64,000 nt of DNA. It comes from Rhizodiscina lignyota (lineage: Eukaryota). The position numbers and the translations under genes were made by a program. Each line of letters starts with the position of its first letter. Position 1 is the stretch's first letter. The notes below the pieces were generated by a model that was not told the origin of the DNA, did no database searches, and saw only the letters and a program-made list of their open reading frames with translations. Shown here one piece after another: positions 1-11,453 of this stretch. The stretch covers positions 654,453-718,452 of the forward strand of contig ML978122.1 of the NCBI GenBank assembly GCA_010015805.1, read 5' to 3'.

Positions 1-306
1 TCTTCGCCCACCGGTATCCTCACAGCCACTGGCTCTCCCACGCAATCGCAACAAACGCCCACACCATCTTCATCCTCACAACAAGTTACGCTAGCTACCA
101 CCGCTCGTCCTTCCTCGTCGAGTTCCACTTCGTCGTCTACCTCTACTTCGTCTGCCCCTGCAGTACAATCAGAATCATCAGGCAATGACGGCAGTGGAGG
201 AGATCCGTTCGCGACAACTGCAGGAGCGCCTTCGAATCGAGACGTGTCGTTCGCGCTGCTTACCATCCCGCTTGCAATCGCCGCTTTCACAATCTTCTCA
301 GTATGA
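1..306 (+). CDS. 3' end of a Ser/Thr-rich, probably GPI-anchored cell-surface protein (partial, runs off the window)
   Basis: Frame 1 is open from base 1: SSPTGILTATGSPTQSQQTP...SSTSSSTSTSS...GDPFATTAGAPSNRDVSFALLTIPLAIAAFTIFSV*. A S/T-rich stalk is followed by a hydrophobic C-terminal tail typical of a GPI signal. Confidence 0.75.
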   Translation, partial: SSPTGILTATGSPTQSQQTPTPSSSSQQVTLATTARPSSSSSTSSSTSTSSAPAVQSESSGNDGSGGDPFATTAGAPSNRDVSFALLTIPLAIAAFTIFSV

Positions 307-1177
307 TCGGGCTAACAACAACCGACCCCGGATCGTCTCATACGACTACACATACGATGTCAGTATATGTCGGTCCTTGTCGAGAGATTAAATCGCGGAT
401 GTTGTTTTTATTGTTTTTTCAGGAGTCTTAATGATACCCACCCAAACGGCTAGCATATGGCAAGGCGTTGCTGTACATTTGTACCATTACGGTTCTGTTT
501 TACTACAGCCCTCGGATACGGGCTCTCACGAATAATGTCACTCGTTAGACGGCGATGCATTGGCGGCGCAGATGAAAGCATGGCTGTTGTTATGCCGCAT
601 GCATCGGCTGGTTTTGAAATTTTGATGTCGCTCGCTTGCAGAAGGTACCAACGGCTCTGCGCATGAGATGAGCAACAAAGGGTACGAAAGAAGAAAAGCA
701 AGGTATAGCCAAACAGTCCAAGGACATCTGTAAGGAATGTCTGTACCACCAGTGTAAAAGCTAGTACTTCAGATGAATCGAACAAACGATCAGAAATTTA
801 TCGTGGTCGGTTCTCATTCGTGTCGTGGTGTGCATCAATGATCCGCATTGAGATCATATGACACTATTTTATCTAAGACACCAAATAAGGCGTATAGTAG
901 ATACAGGATGGTATCATTTGCAGGGGTCATCAACGACCTCTGGGTTGGCATCGTGAGTTTTCTGTCTTGCAGGAAGTGTTCTTTCTACAAGACCCAGACG
1001 AGACGACTGCCACACCTCCTGCGACTCTCAGGAAGCTAATCGTAGCGGAATCATTGTCCTCGCATGAGTGGGCTTGTCTCGAAATCGCCTGATGTTCTGG
1101 CCATCTTCGAGGGCAAGGGATCTCATGCAAATCGCCGTACTCATCTTGATGCCCGCGTCGGTAACCCTTCCAGACTC

Positions 1178-3017
1178 TCAGACCTCAGCAATCTTCTCTT
1201 TCGCAGCCGCTTCCTCCCACAGCCTCTGCACCGCTGGTTCAAACAGCTCCTCAACCCACAGCACGCCCTTCAGCCGCTCATGCGCGTACTCCACCTCCTG
1301 CCAATTCCGCGGTCCAGGCAAGCTCGCGATCGCCTCGACGGTCACACTCCCGCTCTTGATAGTGCTCGGGCCGTTCATCCGCGCAGCGACAATCTTGTGA
1401 ATGTACTCGGCGTAGAAATCTCGATCGTCTGTGTCCTCGGCGCAGATGCCACCGACGAAGAAGAGCCAGAGCAGCACGTCGCAGATGGTGCCGAGGAAGA
1501 TGAGATCGTCGAGGGAGAGTAGCGCGACGCGGAGGCGGGATGCGATTGTGGCCTTTGCGGTGCCGTACCAGATGTCTCTGGAGAAGCAACTGTGCTGGGA
1601 GAGGATGCGCGCCCAGTCGAGCGGACGCATGAGCAGGACGAGGAAGCCGGAGAAGCCAAGGGCCATTGTTTGCTCTTTGTTGTCCGAGATATGGTACGTG
1701 CCGTCCGAGTTCAACAGGCTCAGAAAGCGCAGGGAAAGTAAACAGCACTCGTTGAGAATGTCGATGACATCGAAGCAGCGCGGAAGATGGTTTAACGGCA
1801 TGCCAAGCGAGGAGCGCAGCCACATGTGGTAGATTGCTGTGAAGTGGATGACGGAATGAGCGAGAGACTGGATGGAAGGGGAATGGATCACGTGGCTGAA
1901 GACATTTGTGGATTCCACGACAGTGTCGTACCGGACAGTGAAGGAGTTTGGCCTTGTGATATTGAGTACGCTCGCAAGATCCACGTTCGGGGATAGCCAG
2001 AAGTCTTCGAGAGAGCTGTGGGTTTCAATCCTGTCTCGCAGTTAGCTCTACAACACGTGAAGAGGGGATTTCAGTCGGGATAGTTACCAAAGAATGAATG
2101 AGAAGAGTATGCGATCAGGCATAAGTGCTGTCAGGCCGCCTCGAAGCACTACCATCCGCCGCAACGCATCACGGTGCATGTATGCTCTGTTTGCGATATC
2201 CTTTCCTCTTTGTAACCTCTCCCACGGAGCGCATTGGAATATTTTCTCGACGATCCATAAGAATATGACGGTATAAAACGCGCCATGGTCGAGGCAAGAA
2301 GTATCATTCATGCTGATCAAGGATCTATTGACGCCTTTGACAGCCTCTGTGATTTGATAGCATATGTCAATGTCAGGCCCGCCTGCCTTTGCCCAGACGA
2401 TAGCTGCTGTTACGGCAAGTACTGCGTGCATGAGCGGCTCTGATGTCTGCGCATACTTGAAGAAGTTGGTACGAATGGGCGCCACGGTAGCATTTGATAA
2501 GGTCGAGATGTTTGTAACCCCTAAAACGATGTGAGCTCGGGTGAGGGAATGCATGCGATGATAGAAGCTCACAATAATTTGCCAATTCAGTCGTTCTCTC
2601 GTCATAGTTGAACGCCGACGTATTGAATGGATCAAACCGCTGTGGACAACCCAAATCTCGGAGGCATTCGAAGCATCCAGACGATATAGTAATGGGCGGC
2701 ACTATTCTGCTCTCCGGCGCCTTGCTCTTACTTAATCTCGCCCTTTTCACACATTCGTCGCTTTCGCTTGAAGCAGGAGTAGCTGGCGTCTGTGGGGAAA
2801 CCCCCTTAGTCGCTGACGTCGTCCAGAACCGCTCACGCCTGGCATGGCGCTGAGCTGCTGCTCTCACCAGCGTTCTTTGCTTCTGCAAGTCATCAGGTGT
2901 ACCACCACCGACGACTGGATTGACGAATATGAGACTGCCGATGACCGCATTGCTCCTTCTCTCTCGTGTACCGTTTCTAGCTGAAGGCCTCCGAGGCTGC
3001 TTCCCCCGACCTGTCAT
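1178..3017 (-). CDS. Fungal-specific transcription-factor-domain-like protein without a Zn2Cys6 cluster; 3 exons
   Basis: ORFs 2373..3017, 2084..2635 and 1178..1984 are joined by introns ~2521..2572 (GTGAGC..TTTTAG) and ~2031..2087 (GTAACT..GCTAAC..ACAG). Motifs FVN..RTLVRAAAQR, RFDPF, LMHAVLA and HRDALRRMVVLRGGL are typical of this family. Confidence 0.7.
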
Positions 3018-3948
3018 AACTGTATTCCCTTCCGCTGATTCCTAAACTCAAAGGCGCCCGGAATGATGCGTCTCATAGCGTAAGTTTTGGGGGGAATTGA
3101 ACGGCCTTGGGGGGCGGTCGGAGTCGATATAAATCTCCCCACCTACACTTGCGACCTAGCCAAAGCAGATATCAGGCGACGCAGGCGATGTGTAGTACGA
3201 GCCTAATTGGTCGAGTGGTGTGAGCCTCATCGCCTAACAGGTTGGGTCTGAATGGAGGAAATTAGCCATTATAAGGCCATTATAAGGCCAATGAAGTCAA
3301 ATTTTCCCTAAAAAGTAAGTAGATAGTGCTGTACGCCAGCCACAGGGCGCTTTGTCATCTGAACGCTCGGCAACCTGGCAGGTGGGACGGCTGCCAAGCG
3401 CCCAGCGCATTCGTTCTAGGCGATGAATATGTATTCCACCCTTGATGTCTCGAGCGAAAGGATGACCCGGAATGCGGAGAATGGGAATGCTTGCTCGGCA
3501 CGTGGCACATGGCACAATGAGGTGTTTCAAATATTTAATTCTGAAGCTATCCTGCTACACGTCAGGTTCTGACGCTCGATCTGCGATCTGAAAGATGCCC
3601 CTCTGAGAAGCCCCTCGGAGATGACTAACTCCCGCCTCCACGCCCTTTGAAAAAATATCTGGGTCCGTCTGGGTCTGCTTCGTCATCCACCACTTCGGTG
3701 CGATTCCATCTGACGTTCATTTTCTGAACAATCCGAATACCGAGATCCTTGGGGAAGTGTCTCAACTCCCTTAAGCACCCGCGCGGCTGAAAGGCCTGCT
3801 AAGGCTGACACCTGAGTCGCCATGAAGGTGATTATGACGATAAGGTCCGATTACACCCCTCGTGACTTTGACGGTGATGATGAGTGAGGATGATTGAGAA
3901 TGATTGATCAAAATCGAGTTTGACACTGAAGTCATTGGCCGTCGATGC

Positions 3949-4176
3949 TCAACCGCTCGAATGGAAGAACTTGAAGTGGTGCTTCTTCTCCTTTTGCGGG
4001 GCTGGCGTTGGTACTCGTCTGATCTGGTGGATCTCTGACTCTGGTGCCGACTTGAGAGGCATGTAGACGTGCTCGTTGGTGTAGTAGGCGTAACTTTGGT
4101 CCATTGGCAGGGTCATGTCCATGAGAGAGGTCGAGGAGGAGGATCGAGAAGACATTGCTGATGATGAGGTTCTCAT
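3949..4176 (-). CDS. Small hypothetical protein (75 aa)
   Basis: MRTSSSAMSS...KEKKHHFKFFHSSG*. The ATG is in a CAACATG context after a C/A-rich leader, with TATAAG about 150 bp upstream (~4324-4329, minus strand). Confidence 0.5.
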   Translation of the reverse strand: MRTSSSAMSSRSSSSTSLMDMTLPMDQSYAYYTNEHVYMPLKSAPESEIHQIRRVPTPAPQKEKKHHFKFFHSSG

Positions 4177-5659
4177 GTTGGTTGATTGGTAGTTTGGTTT
4201 GCTTGTGTGGAGGGTGAATTGGGTGATTGATTGAGGACTTGGAGCGTCTGATATAAAGCTTTGTTCTTGTTCTTGTCTGATGCTTGGAAATATGGATATG
4301 GCCTGAAGGGGAATCACGCAATACTTATAATCAACATCCGCGACACGTATTCTCCTATTTCCACTTTGAAATCGCCGTGCTCCGCAAAATGCGCATACGG
4401 AAAGAGTCATTGGGCGTGCGCTAACACCGACACAAGGCCGTGCAAGGGCGACATGCATCTCGTACTTACGACCGTACTCCACCATTTACTTAACGTTAGG
4501 CGCATTTTTTTTGGTCCGCCGGATTTAAGTGATCTTTCCGTTCGGTCTTTGTCGAGGCCGCCAGACCGCAAGCGGCAAAGCGCCGGCCGCTATGCCTGAT
4601 GCAGGCTGCTAAGCGAACAGAAGCGGAACCCAGCTCGGAGTGGATTGGTGAATATTTGATGATCTCCCGACAGCGTGAGGCCGATCTTCCCGACTGCCAA
4701 AGTCCGGGCGCGGGCCAATGTCTTCGATTTCTTATGCGCGAAAGGGTGACGTGCTTTGGATGTTGAAATACTCACCCTCTCCGACTCACCTGCTGCTTAA
4801 CAATACCAGCTTACCAGTCCCACTCCACTACGCCCATGACGACATTGCAAAGGAGCTCCGTGGACATCAACTTTCGCTTGACTTCAAACCGTCGATTCGA
4901 AGACATTGGACATCTACCTTACCCCGACCTGCGTGATGGACGTCTCCTCGGCCGGCCATGGATGTATGAAGCTGCAGCTTGCGAATCCCGGCGCAAAGCT
5001 ATCACAATGCGCGTCTCAATATTATCGTGTTTCACGGCTAATTCGCTCCACCACATTTAAATTCCACGTCTAGCCATCCATTTTTCCATGGAAACAGGCC
5101 CTGGTCGGCCTATCATCGTGGACAGTGTGGCTATGTTGGTCACTTCCTCTTCCGTTCTATCCGGCCAAGGAGGCAAATCATCTCAACAGCAGTTTGCGCG
5201 CGTCTGTCGCACATATATCTGGGCCGAGATCCAGAGGCAAACGTCGTCGACAGGGGATCCAGCCACGTGGATTCGTTACTACATACAAAATATCGATAAA
5301 GCCCCACAGCGCCTGGACTACGAATACAGTCGAAACAAATACACCTAGCCGTGCTATCCGTATGTTGAGAGAAGCCGTAGAAATAGCCCCTGCTTTGCTA
5401 GGGCTTCTCCATTTTCAGCCTGAGAGGAGGTTGTCTGGCCCGATCCTCCCGCTGTGGTTGTCCCCGCGATAAAGTATGGATCTGCTCCACCTGATATCGG
5501 CTGGCTCGGGTACGTGGAAGGAAGCGACGAACGTGAATCTGACGAAGAGGCCGTTACAATTTCCACGGAGGAACTAAGCTTGGAAGTTCACGCCGCGCTT
5601 GCGCTGTTTACTACAAATCAAACTGGTAAGGACGCGTGTACTAACTCACTCCGACTAGA

Positions 5660-6249
5660 AGACATACTTTGCCGTATCTTCCGTGGTCAAGTCAATAGCT
5701 TTAATATGTCTGGTTGACGTCCGCCGCGTTCCAATGCCACTGGAGCGCGCATACTCCTGCCGTTCCACACTGGGAGCTGACATCGGGCATCGTCACGGAA
5801 AAAGCAGTACTGTTTGGCGGGATTGGTGCCGCGTCGCTCGCGTAGACCGGAAAGTAGATCAACGGATCTCCGATGACGGCGTTCTGGGTAGTGTCGACAA
5901 CGCTGACATTCATAGTGCCAGTATGCGGTGCAGTAACCACGGCTTTCAAGTTGACGACTTGGCCGGCAGTGAACGATTGCACGTTGGCCGTATTATCCGC
6001 AAACTGGTAACCCTTGCAGAGGGTCAGTTCACATTTGGCAGCGTTGAAGTCGCTTTGGCCTTGTGCAATCTGCATTTCCTGCTAGATCTTGCCGTTCCTA
6101 TCCGAGTTTTGGTGGTTGAAGACCTATTGGCTACAGACTGCTTCCATGGCATTTCCGGGCATACGTGCTGATGGGTCTACAATATGACCATGGGTGGACA
6201 CGGAAGGAACGACACCGATCAACAGTGCAGGGAAGAGAATGGAATGCAT
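5660..6249 (-). pseudogene. AA16-family lytic polysaccharide monooxygenase-like pseudogene
   Basis: Signal peptide MHSILFPALLIGVVPSVST is followed by N-terminal His (HGHIVDPSARMPG), LCKGYQFADN, APHTG.MNVS and CALQWHW..NQTY. In-frame stops: TAG 6124-6126, TAG 6082-6084, TAA 5701-5703. There is an apparent frameshift where YESCIDFT is expected. Confidence 0.85.
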
Positions 6250-6780
6250 GTTGCCGGCTTTAGAAGACTGGGTCGCGGTCGTGAAACGCAAACGATGGAA
6301 AAAGCTAAGCAGCTATGAAGAGAAGGTATTGGAACAAACGTCGTTTAATTCATTAAATCCAGCACATTATTCCCGAGACCGGGCAGTACTTGGAAAAGAA
6401 GGATAAAGATAGATTTGCTTGAACATATCACGGGGTTTCCTGGACCGATATTCATACTCTCTCGTCGTGCCAGGTCGTCCTGTCATTTGCGTGGCGTCAC
6501 TTCCCTGTCATATCAGTCGAACACGTTAGACATGTACTTGTCTCGAAACTCTGTCTTTGCGATACCAGTTGAATCACATGACGTCTTTATTGACATATCA
6601 AACTGCTAATTAAGTCAGTGCGAACGCTTGAGCAATGCGTTGTGATGATGCCGTTTCGCCCTCGAGGTTGACCGCGTGCAACAAAGAGAGTTTTGCGAGA
6701 GCATCACTGAAGGCTTGATTTGACATTATTTAGAAACTATTTATTGCAAGTGTACCGTACGTGACTTGTATCAACTCTTG

Positions 6781-7340
6781 TCAGCATTCAACATGAGTCC
6801 CAGCAGCGCAAGCTAAAATACCGAAGGGAATCCAGAGCAGGTAATTGAAGAGAAATGCGTATGCCCTTCCATCTTCGGTGAGTCTGTCGGCGAGCAACTG
6901 CCAAATGATCTCCTCGCATGATCGAGCCATAATCCCAATGAAGATTATGATCATAAGCCTCGGACCGCTTATTCCTTCGAAGAAGGCTTTGGCGATGTGC
7001 TTCTTGTGCCAACTCTCCCCTTCCGTTTGTGCCCAGTATAGGATGAGGGCGAGCAGAGTTAAACTTATGACGGCGCAACAGTACATCATGACTGCATCCC
7101 ATTTAGTCGGGCCTGCACGGCTGTCACGTTCACCGTGTAGTCCATCGTCATCCTGATCATGCAGCTTGTCTGGAGCTATAGTTAGCGAGAATACTGCTGG
7201 CGCTGCGGATCGGAATCCTTACGGCGCTTCTCATGTCTGGCAGATATCTTCAATCCAAGGTAACTGTCGGAGAGAAAAGGGGCGGGCAATTGAGGCGGCG
7301 TGTATTCCGGAGGCGCAGCTGCTGAGTCTTCGATGTCCAT
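6781..7340 (-). CDS. Hypothetical membrane protein (about 3 TM helices; PPEY motif near the N-terminus); 2 exons
   Basis: MDIEDSAAAPPEYTPP... An intron ~7175..7222 (GTAAGG..GCTAAC..TAG) joins it in frame to ORF 6781..7089, which has hydrophobic segments. Confidence 0.65.
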
Positions 7341-7767
7341 GATTAAGGAAATCTCCGATGGGCGCTCGTGATAGTGATAGAGCGTTGGCGGTGGGGATGG
7401 GGCGTTAAGCAACGATACAGAGCAATGGTAGTATGGTAATGAAGAGGTCTTCCGGAGAAGAGGAAAAGGAGAGTGGATAGAAGTAATTATACCTGATTGT
7501 CGCGGTAGCAGGCGGAGACTGCAGGAGACAGACATTGAAACCAATCCAGTTAGAGTGTAATGCGAAATGGGAGGTTGTGAGAGGCGGAGAGCGTAACCAA
7601 GAATGCGCGCATGTGAAAACTGTCAACGTCTTGTACTTTAGTGGCGGGGTGCTGAAGAGTGCCTTGCAACTCTCAAAAATTGGAAGAAGGACGGGTTTCA
7701 GCTTGAATCGTACGATTTTCATGAGTTTACAAACGACCTATAAATTCAAATCCCCTCGAAGAAATCG

Positions 7768-9221
7768 TTACTGACTTGACCAGGTGATGGTCAATGATGT
7801 ATCGTGACTGGTCGTGAAAACAGTGGCTTGCGTCGAACCACTCGGTACGCTATCCGCGAAGAAACCTGTGCTTCCGCCAGCTGCGAGGCTTCCTCCACTG
7901 CTGGTAAAAACTGTGGAGGACACGTTCGAGCCGCACGTGAAAGCGTTGTTAGAGATACCACAATTTCCCTTTGAAGACTTGAGAGTGAATCCGTTGCCTG
8001 GATGAAGAACATTAGCATGCGGGGTTTTATTAAGGTACGATTGCGCATGGCTTACCGCTAGCCGTTGCCGTAAAGGTAGCGCAGGTACCCGTCGTGAACC
8101 AAGTTCCTGCGCTGATGAGGCACCCTTTCTGCGAACCTCCTGTCGTAACTTCCAAGAAGCCATTACCACTGAATGGTGTTCCGCTACCTCCAGTTGGCTG
8201 GCTACCACCAGAGGAGGAGGTCGTGGTAGTGCTTCCTCCGCCAGTCGACGAGCCAGACTTGGGCAGATACTTAATGCCAGTGTCAGGACAGGTTGACTTC
8301 GTGCCATCAGGGTCTGCCGCGACAAAGGTGCCAGTCTGCACCGAGCCTTGAACGTTGTAGTGATACCAGACCTCGTCGAGGGCGCCACTGCTGCATCCAA
8401 TGGTTACTTGATGACCACCATGCTTCGCGCTGAGAGCAGCCTGAATGTCAGAGGCAGAGTATGTCTTGGTGGTTGATGGTGTGATGCCAGCTGCTGAGAG
8501 CCACTTCGAAAGCGTATTAGCGCACATGTTATTGAGCTTTGAGAGACTATGGGAACATACATCGTAAGTGGGCAGGCTCTGGAACAGGTCGACAGCCTTC
8601 TGGAAGAAATCTGGAACTTCCTGCTTGCTTTGGTAGTCGGTGTAACACGTCGGATCCAGAGTGCTGACGCAAGTGCCGTGCTTGGCCCATTCGTGCTCCC
8701 AGAAACTCTCATCATCGCCAGAAATGTCTTTCCAGTATGTGTTCATGAAAGAAAGGAGGTCGGTTTTGCCGAAGGACGTAAGAATACCGGAAATATCAGT
8801 ATATTCACGGCTCGTATCGCAAGTGGAATCGAAAGTGCCATCGCAATGATCCGGCCTGCCAGTTGTTAGCGTGATGCAGTTTGCGCACGGTAATATGCGA
8901 CGTACCAAAGCCCATGCACAGTCCACGAATTGGATGGGCCAGTGGATGGATCAGTACTATGAAAGAAAATTAGAATCCGGACTTTAGACTTCACCATGCA
9001 GTAACTCACTCCCAGAACTGGGTCTGAAGTAGCTGTCCACCTGGTGCATTAAAGCAGCACAAATCTTGAACGACTGTGGTGTTATGGCAGCTCAGTTGCG
9101 TGTTAGAGCATGTCTCTGGGCTCCCTCGACCTATGAGACCTGGATAGCTAGGAAACAAGGGCATGACGCTAGCCACAGCCAGCTGTGCAAATGAGAAGGA
9201 AGAAAGGATCTTGGAAGACAT
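7768..9221 (-). CDS. rny1: Secreted ribonuclease T2 with G/S/T linker and C-terminal extension (Rny1-like); about 5 exons
   Basis: Signal peptide, CCFNAPGGQLLQTQFW, CAS I SWTVHGLWPD (split by an intron), CAS II FWEHEWAKHGTC, GGGSTTTT linker and C-terminal GCLISAGTW domain. Confidence 0.92.
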
Positions 9222-10612
9222 TTTGCTACTCGTACAGAATACTGAGGAAGACAAAGGAAGGAAGAGATGCGACCATACTATTACTTTGGCGATATTTGTA
9301 CGAAAGCCATGAAAATGCCTAGATTGCAGTACCTTCCATTTGTGCCTGATGATCCGATGCACGATCAATTCTGGTCAAGAACTCACAGAATCATCCCGTC
9401 GCTGTTTTCGGGCGCTTGAAGCATTGTCAATTACCATCATCGATTGGGCAGGCGCGAAACTGCTGTACACGGAAGAGGTAGGTCCTATGTTGGTCACAAC
9501 AATAAGCTCATGGGATCGTCCCGTCGCCATCAAAACAGCCCGCCAGTCAGCGCGCAGAGATGGCCCTTGTGGCCGTGCGGGTCAAACAACCACGATTCGG
9601 GACGATGCTGTCGCGTGAGCAGTGTCTATAGTCTCGAAGTTGAGCTACAACGAGCTGATGTTGCCAGGAACGAGATCTCCAGCACGTGTAGAAGGCGTAG
9701 GTAGAGCGATAGTCTTGTCAGAGACGCGAAAGAGGGTGTGAGAGAACGACAGAGACGCGCGTGGGGTTAAGATTCAGAATCGTGGCGCTCGGAAGGCGCC
9801 GCTGTCATTCGCCAAGCGTAAATCCTTGCAGAGAGCTTCCTCTTTGGGAATGTGTCCGGGTGAAATGGCCAGTATGTGTACAAATGTCCAAGACTTTCGG
9901 GTCTGACAGGAACGAAAGCAGTGGTAACAGTATTACTGAGACGTCTGAAAGTACTTGTATTCAAATAACGTAAACCAAGTGAAGAAGGTAGATGCCACTC
10001 TTTAAGCCCCAAGTAGTGATCTATCCTCTTACATATTGAAGACGATATACGGAGTATGGGGTCCAGAGGCGACAGAATTTGTCAAATGTCTCTGAAGAGA
10101 AGCTGGATTCTTGGCGATAGGACCGTCAATATGTCGAGCCTCGGTTTAACATCTAAATGAGAGAATATATGGGAGGCCGGGAGCGACGCGTGGAGTCTCT
10201 GAAAGCCAGCCATAATTAGCATACAGTTTGCCCCCTAATCGGCTGCACTATGATAAGAAAGGAATTGATGTGACGGGACCCGCAGTCGTGCTGCAATCCG
10301 TCATAAACTTCATATTGGCTGGGAAAGTCGACAAAAGTTCATCATGGACCGTGAAGGCACGTTTGAGGTAGCCTGTGTGTCATCTTATCTAGATATATCA
10401 GCGCCTGGTCGAAGCTGGTTGCAAGAGCCTCTGTAGAGTGGCTGCATTGCCATGTGCACTCCGGGGCCTTGGCGCTAGATGACGTACCCCGATCAGCAGC
10501 AAGCTGAACAGAACAGCTCTCCATATTTTCCATGCCCACTCTTCCGCTACGAAGAAAACCTATCTCTAGACGAAGAAACTAGAACGTATTGCCGAGATCA
10601 TAAGCCTCAGAA

Positions 10613-10948
10613 ATGTCGTCGCAACAAGGCTTTAACCCCCCTCCTGGCCCTCCACCTCAACAGCAATACGCGCAACAGCCGCAGTACCAGCAACCTCCGA
10701 ATCCTCCGCCGCGACGCTCCGAGACAGAGCAGCTGCTTCCAACGGGGCAGGATCGCACGGAGCAGTTGGAGTACTTCCAGTCATACGAAGCGAATGCGAA
10801 CCAGACTGAAGATGACCGAAACCAAGAGACGCTGCAGAAGGAGTTTCCTGGCGTGGACTCGAGTCTCATCGCGGCGCTGTACGGAGACAACAAGAACATG
10901 TCGGAGGTGAGAGAGACGCTGCAAGAGTTGACGCGAGAGAATGCATAG
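10613..10948 (+). CDS. Small CUE-domain (ubiquitin-binding) protein with a P/Q-rich N-terminus
   Basis: 111-aa ORF. The C-terminus TLQKEFPGVDSSLIAALYGDNKNMSEVRETLQEL matches the CUE FP..D...I pattern. Confidence 0.8.
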   Translation: MSSQQGFNPPPGPPPQQQYAQQPQYQQPPNPPPRRSETEQLLPTGQDRTEQLEYFQSYEANANQTEDDRNQETLQKEFPGVDSSLIAALYGDNKNMSEVRETLQELTRENA

Positions 10949-11453
10949 TCAAATGAGCAAGAGACTGTGAAAGGGGAAATCCAAAGAGAATGCTTGACAG
11001 CTGAGGGAGGCGATGCGCGTGGTCATGCCGTGAAGGGTGGTCCATCTGCGGCGGCATTATCAATGGCATAGCTGAGATGTCTCGATATCCTTTCTGGCGT
11101 CTCAAATTTGTGAACTCGCGATAGAGCTTTAACCGCTTCAGAAGCCTCTTAATGTGGTGAAAGTGCTCCTCACCCGCCGCTTCATGCGGCTTAAGCAACT
11201 GTAGCCGACCTCGGAGTGTTATACGCGAAGTTGAAGCTGGAAGCGCGTGTACAACGCGTTCTTCTACTGCGTACCACTCTTAGCTCAAACTTTATTTGAT
11301 TGCCTTAATTTCCCTACTTATATACCTTCGCGTTTCCCCACTCTTCCTCAATTCAACACCTCACTTCAACAACTTCCACTTCAACAACTACCTCAAAAAC
11401 AACCGCCAGATTGTGGACCGTTTCCCTACCTATCCAGCTCTTCAGCCTACATC

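Noticed and set aside
450..1130. Short ORFs after the GPI gene (e.g. 450..785)
   Set aside because: Non-ATG or weak starts and no recognisable motifs; likely UTR or intergenic sequence.
4700..5480. Fragmentary + strand ORFs (4836..5060, 5088..5348)
   Set aside because: Could be a decayed gene, but no family motif or consistent splice model could be established.
7768..8270. C-terminal extension of RNase T2 as a novel domain fusion
   Set aside because: Linker plus C-terminal extension is already known in fungal Rny1-type RNase T2 enzymes.
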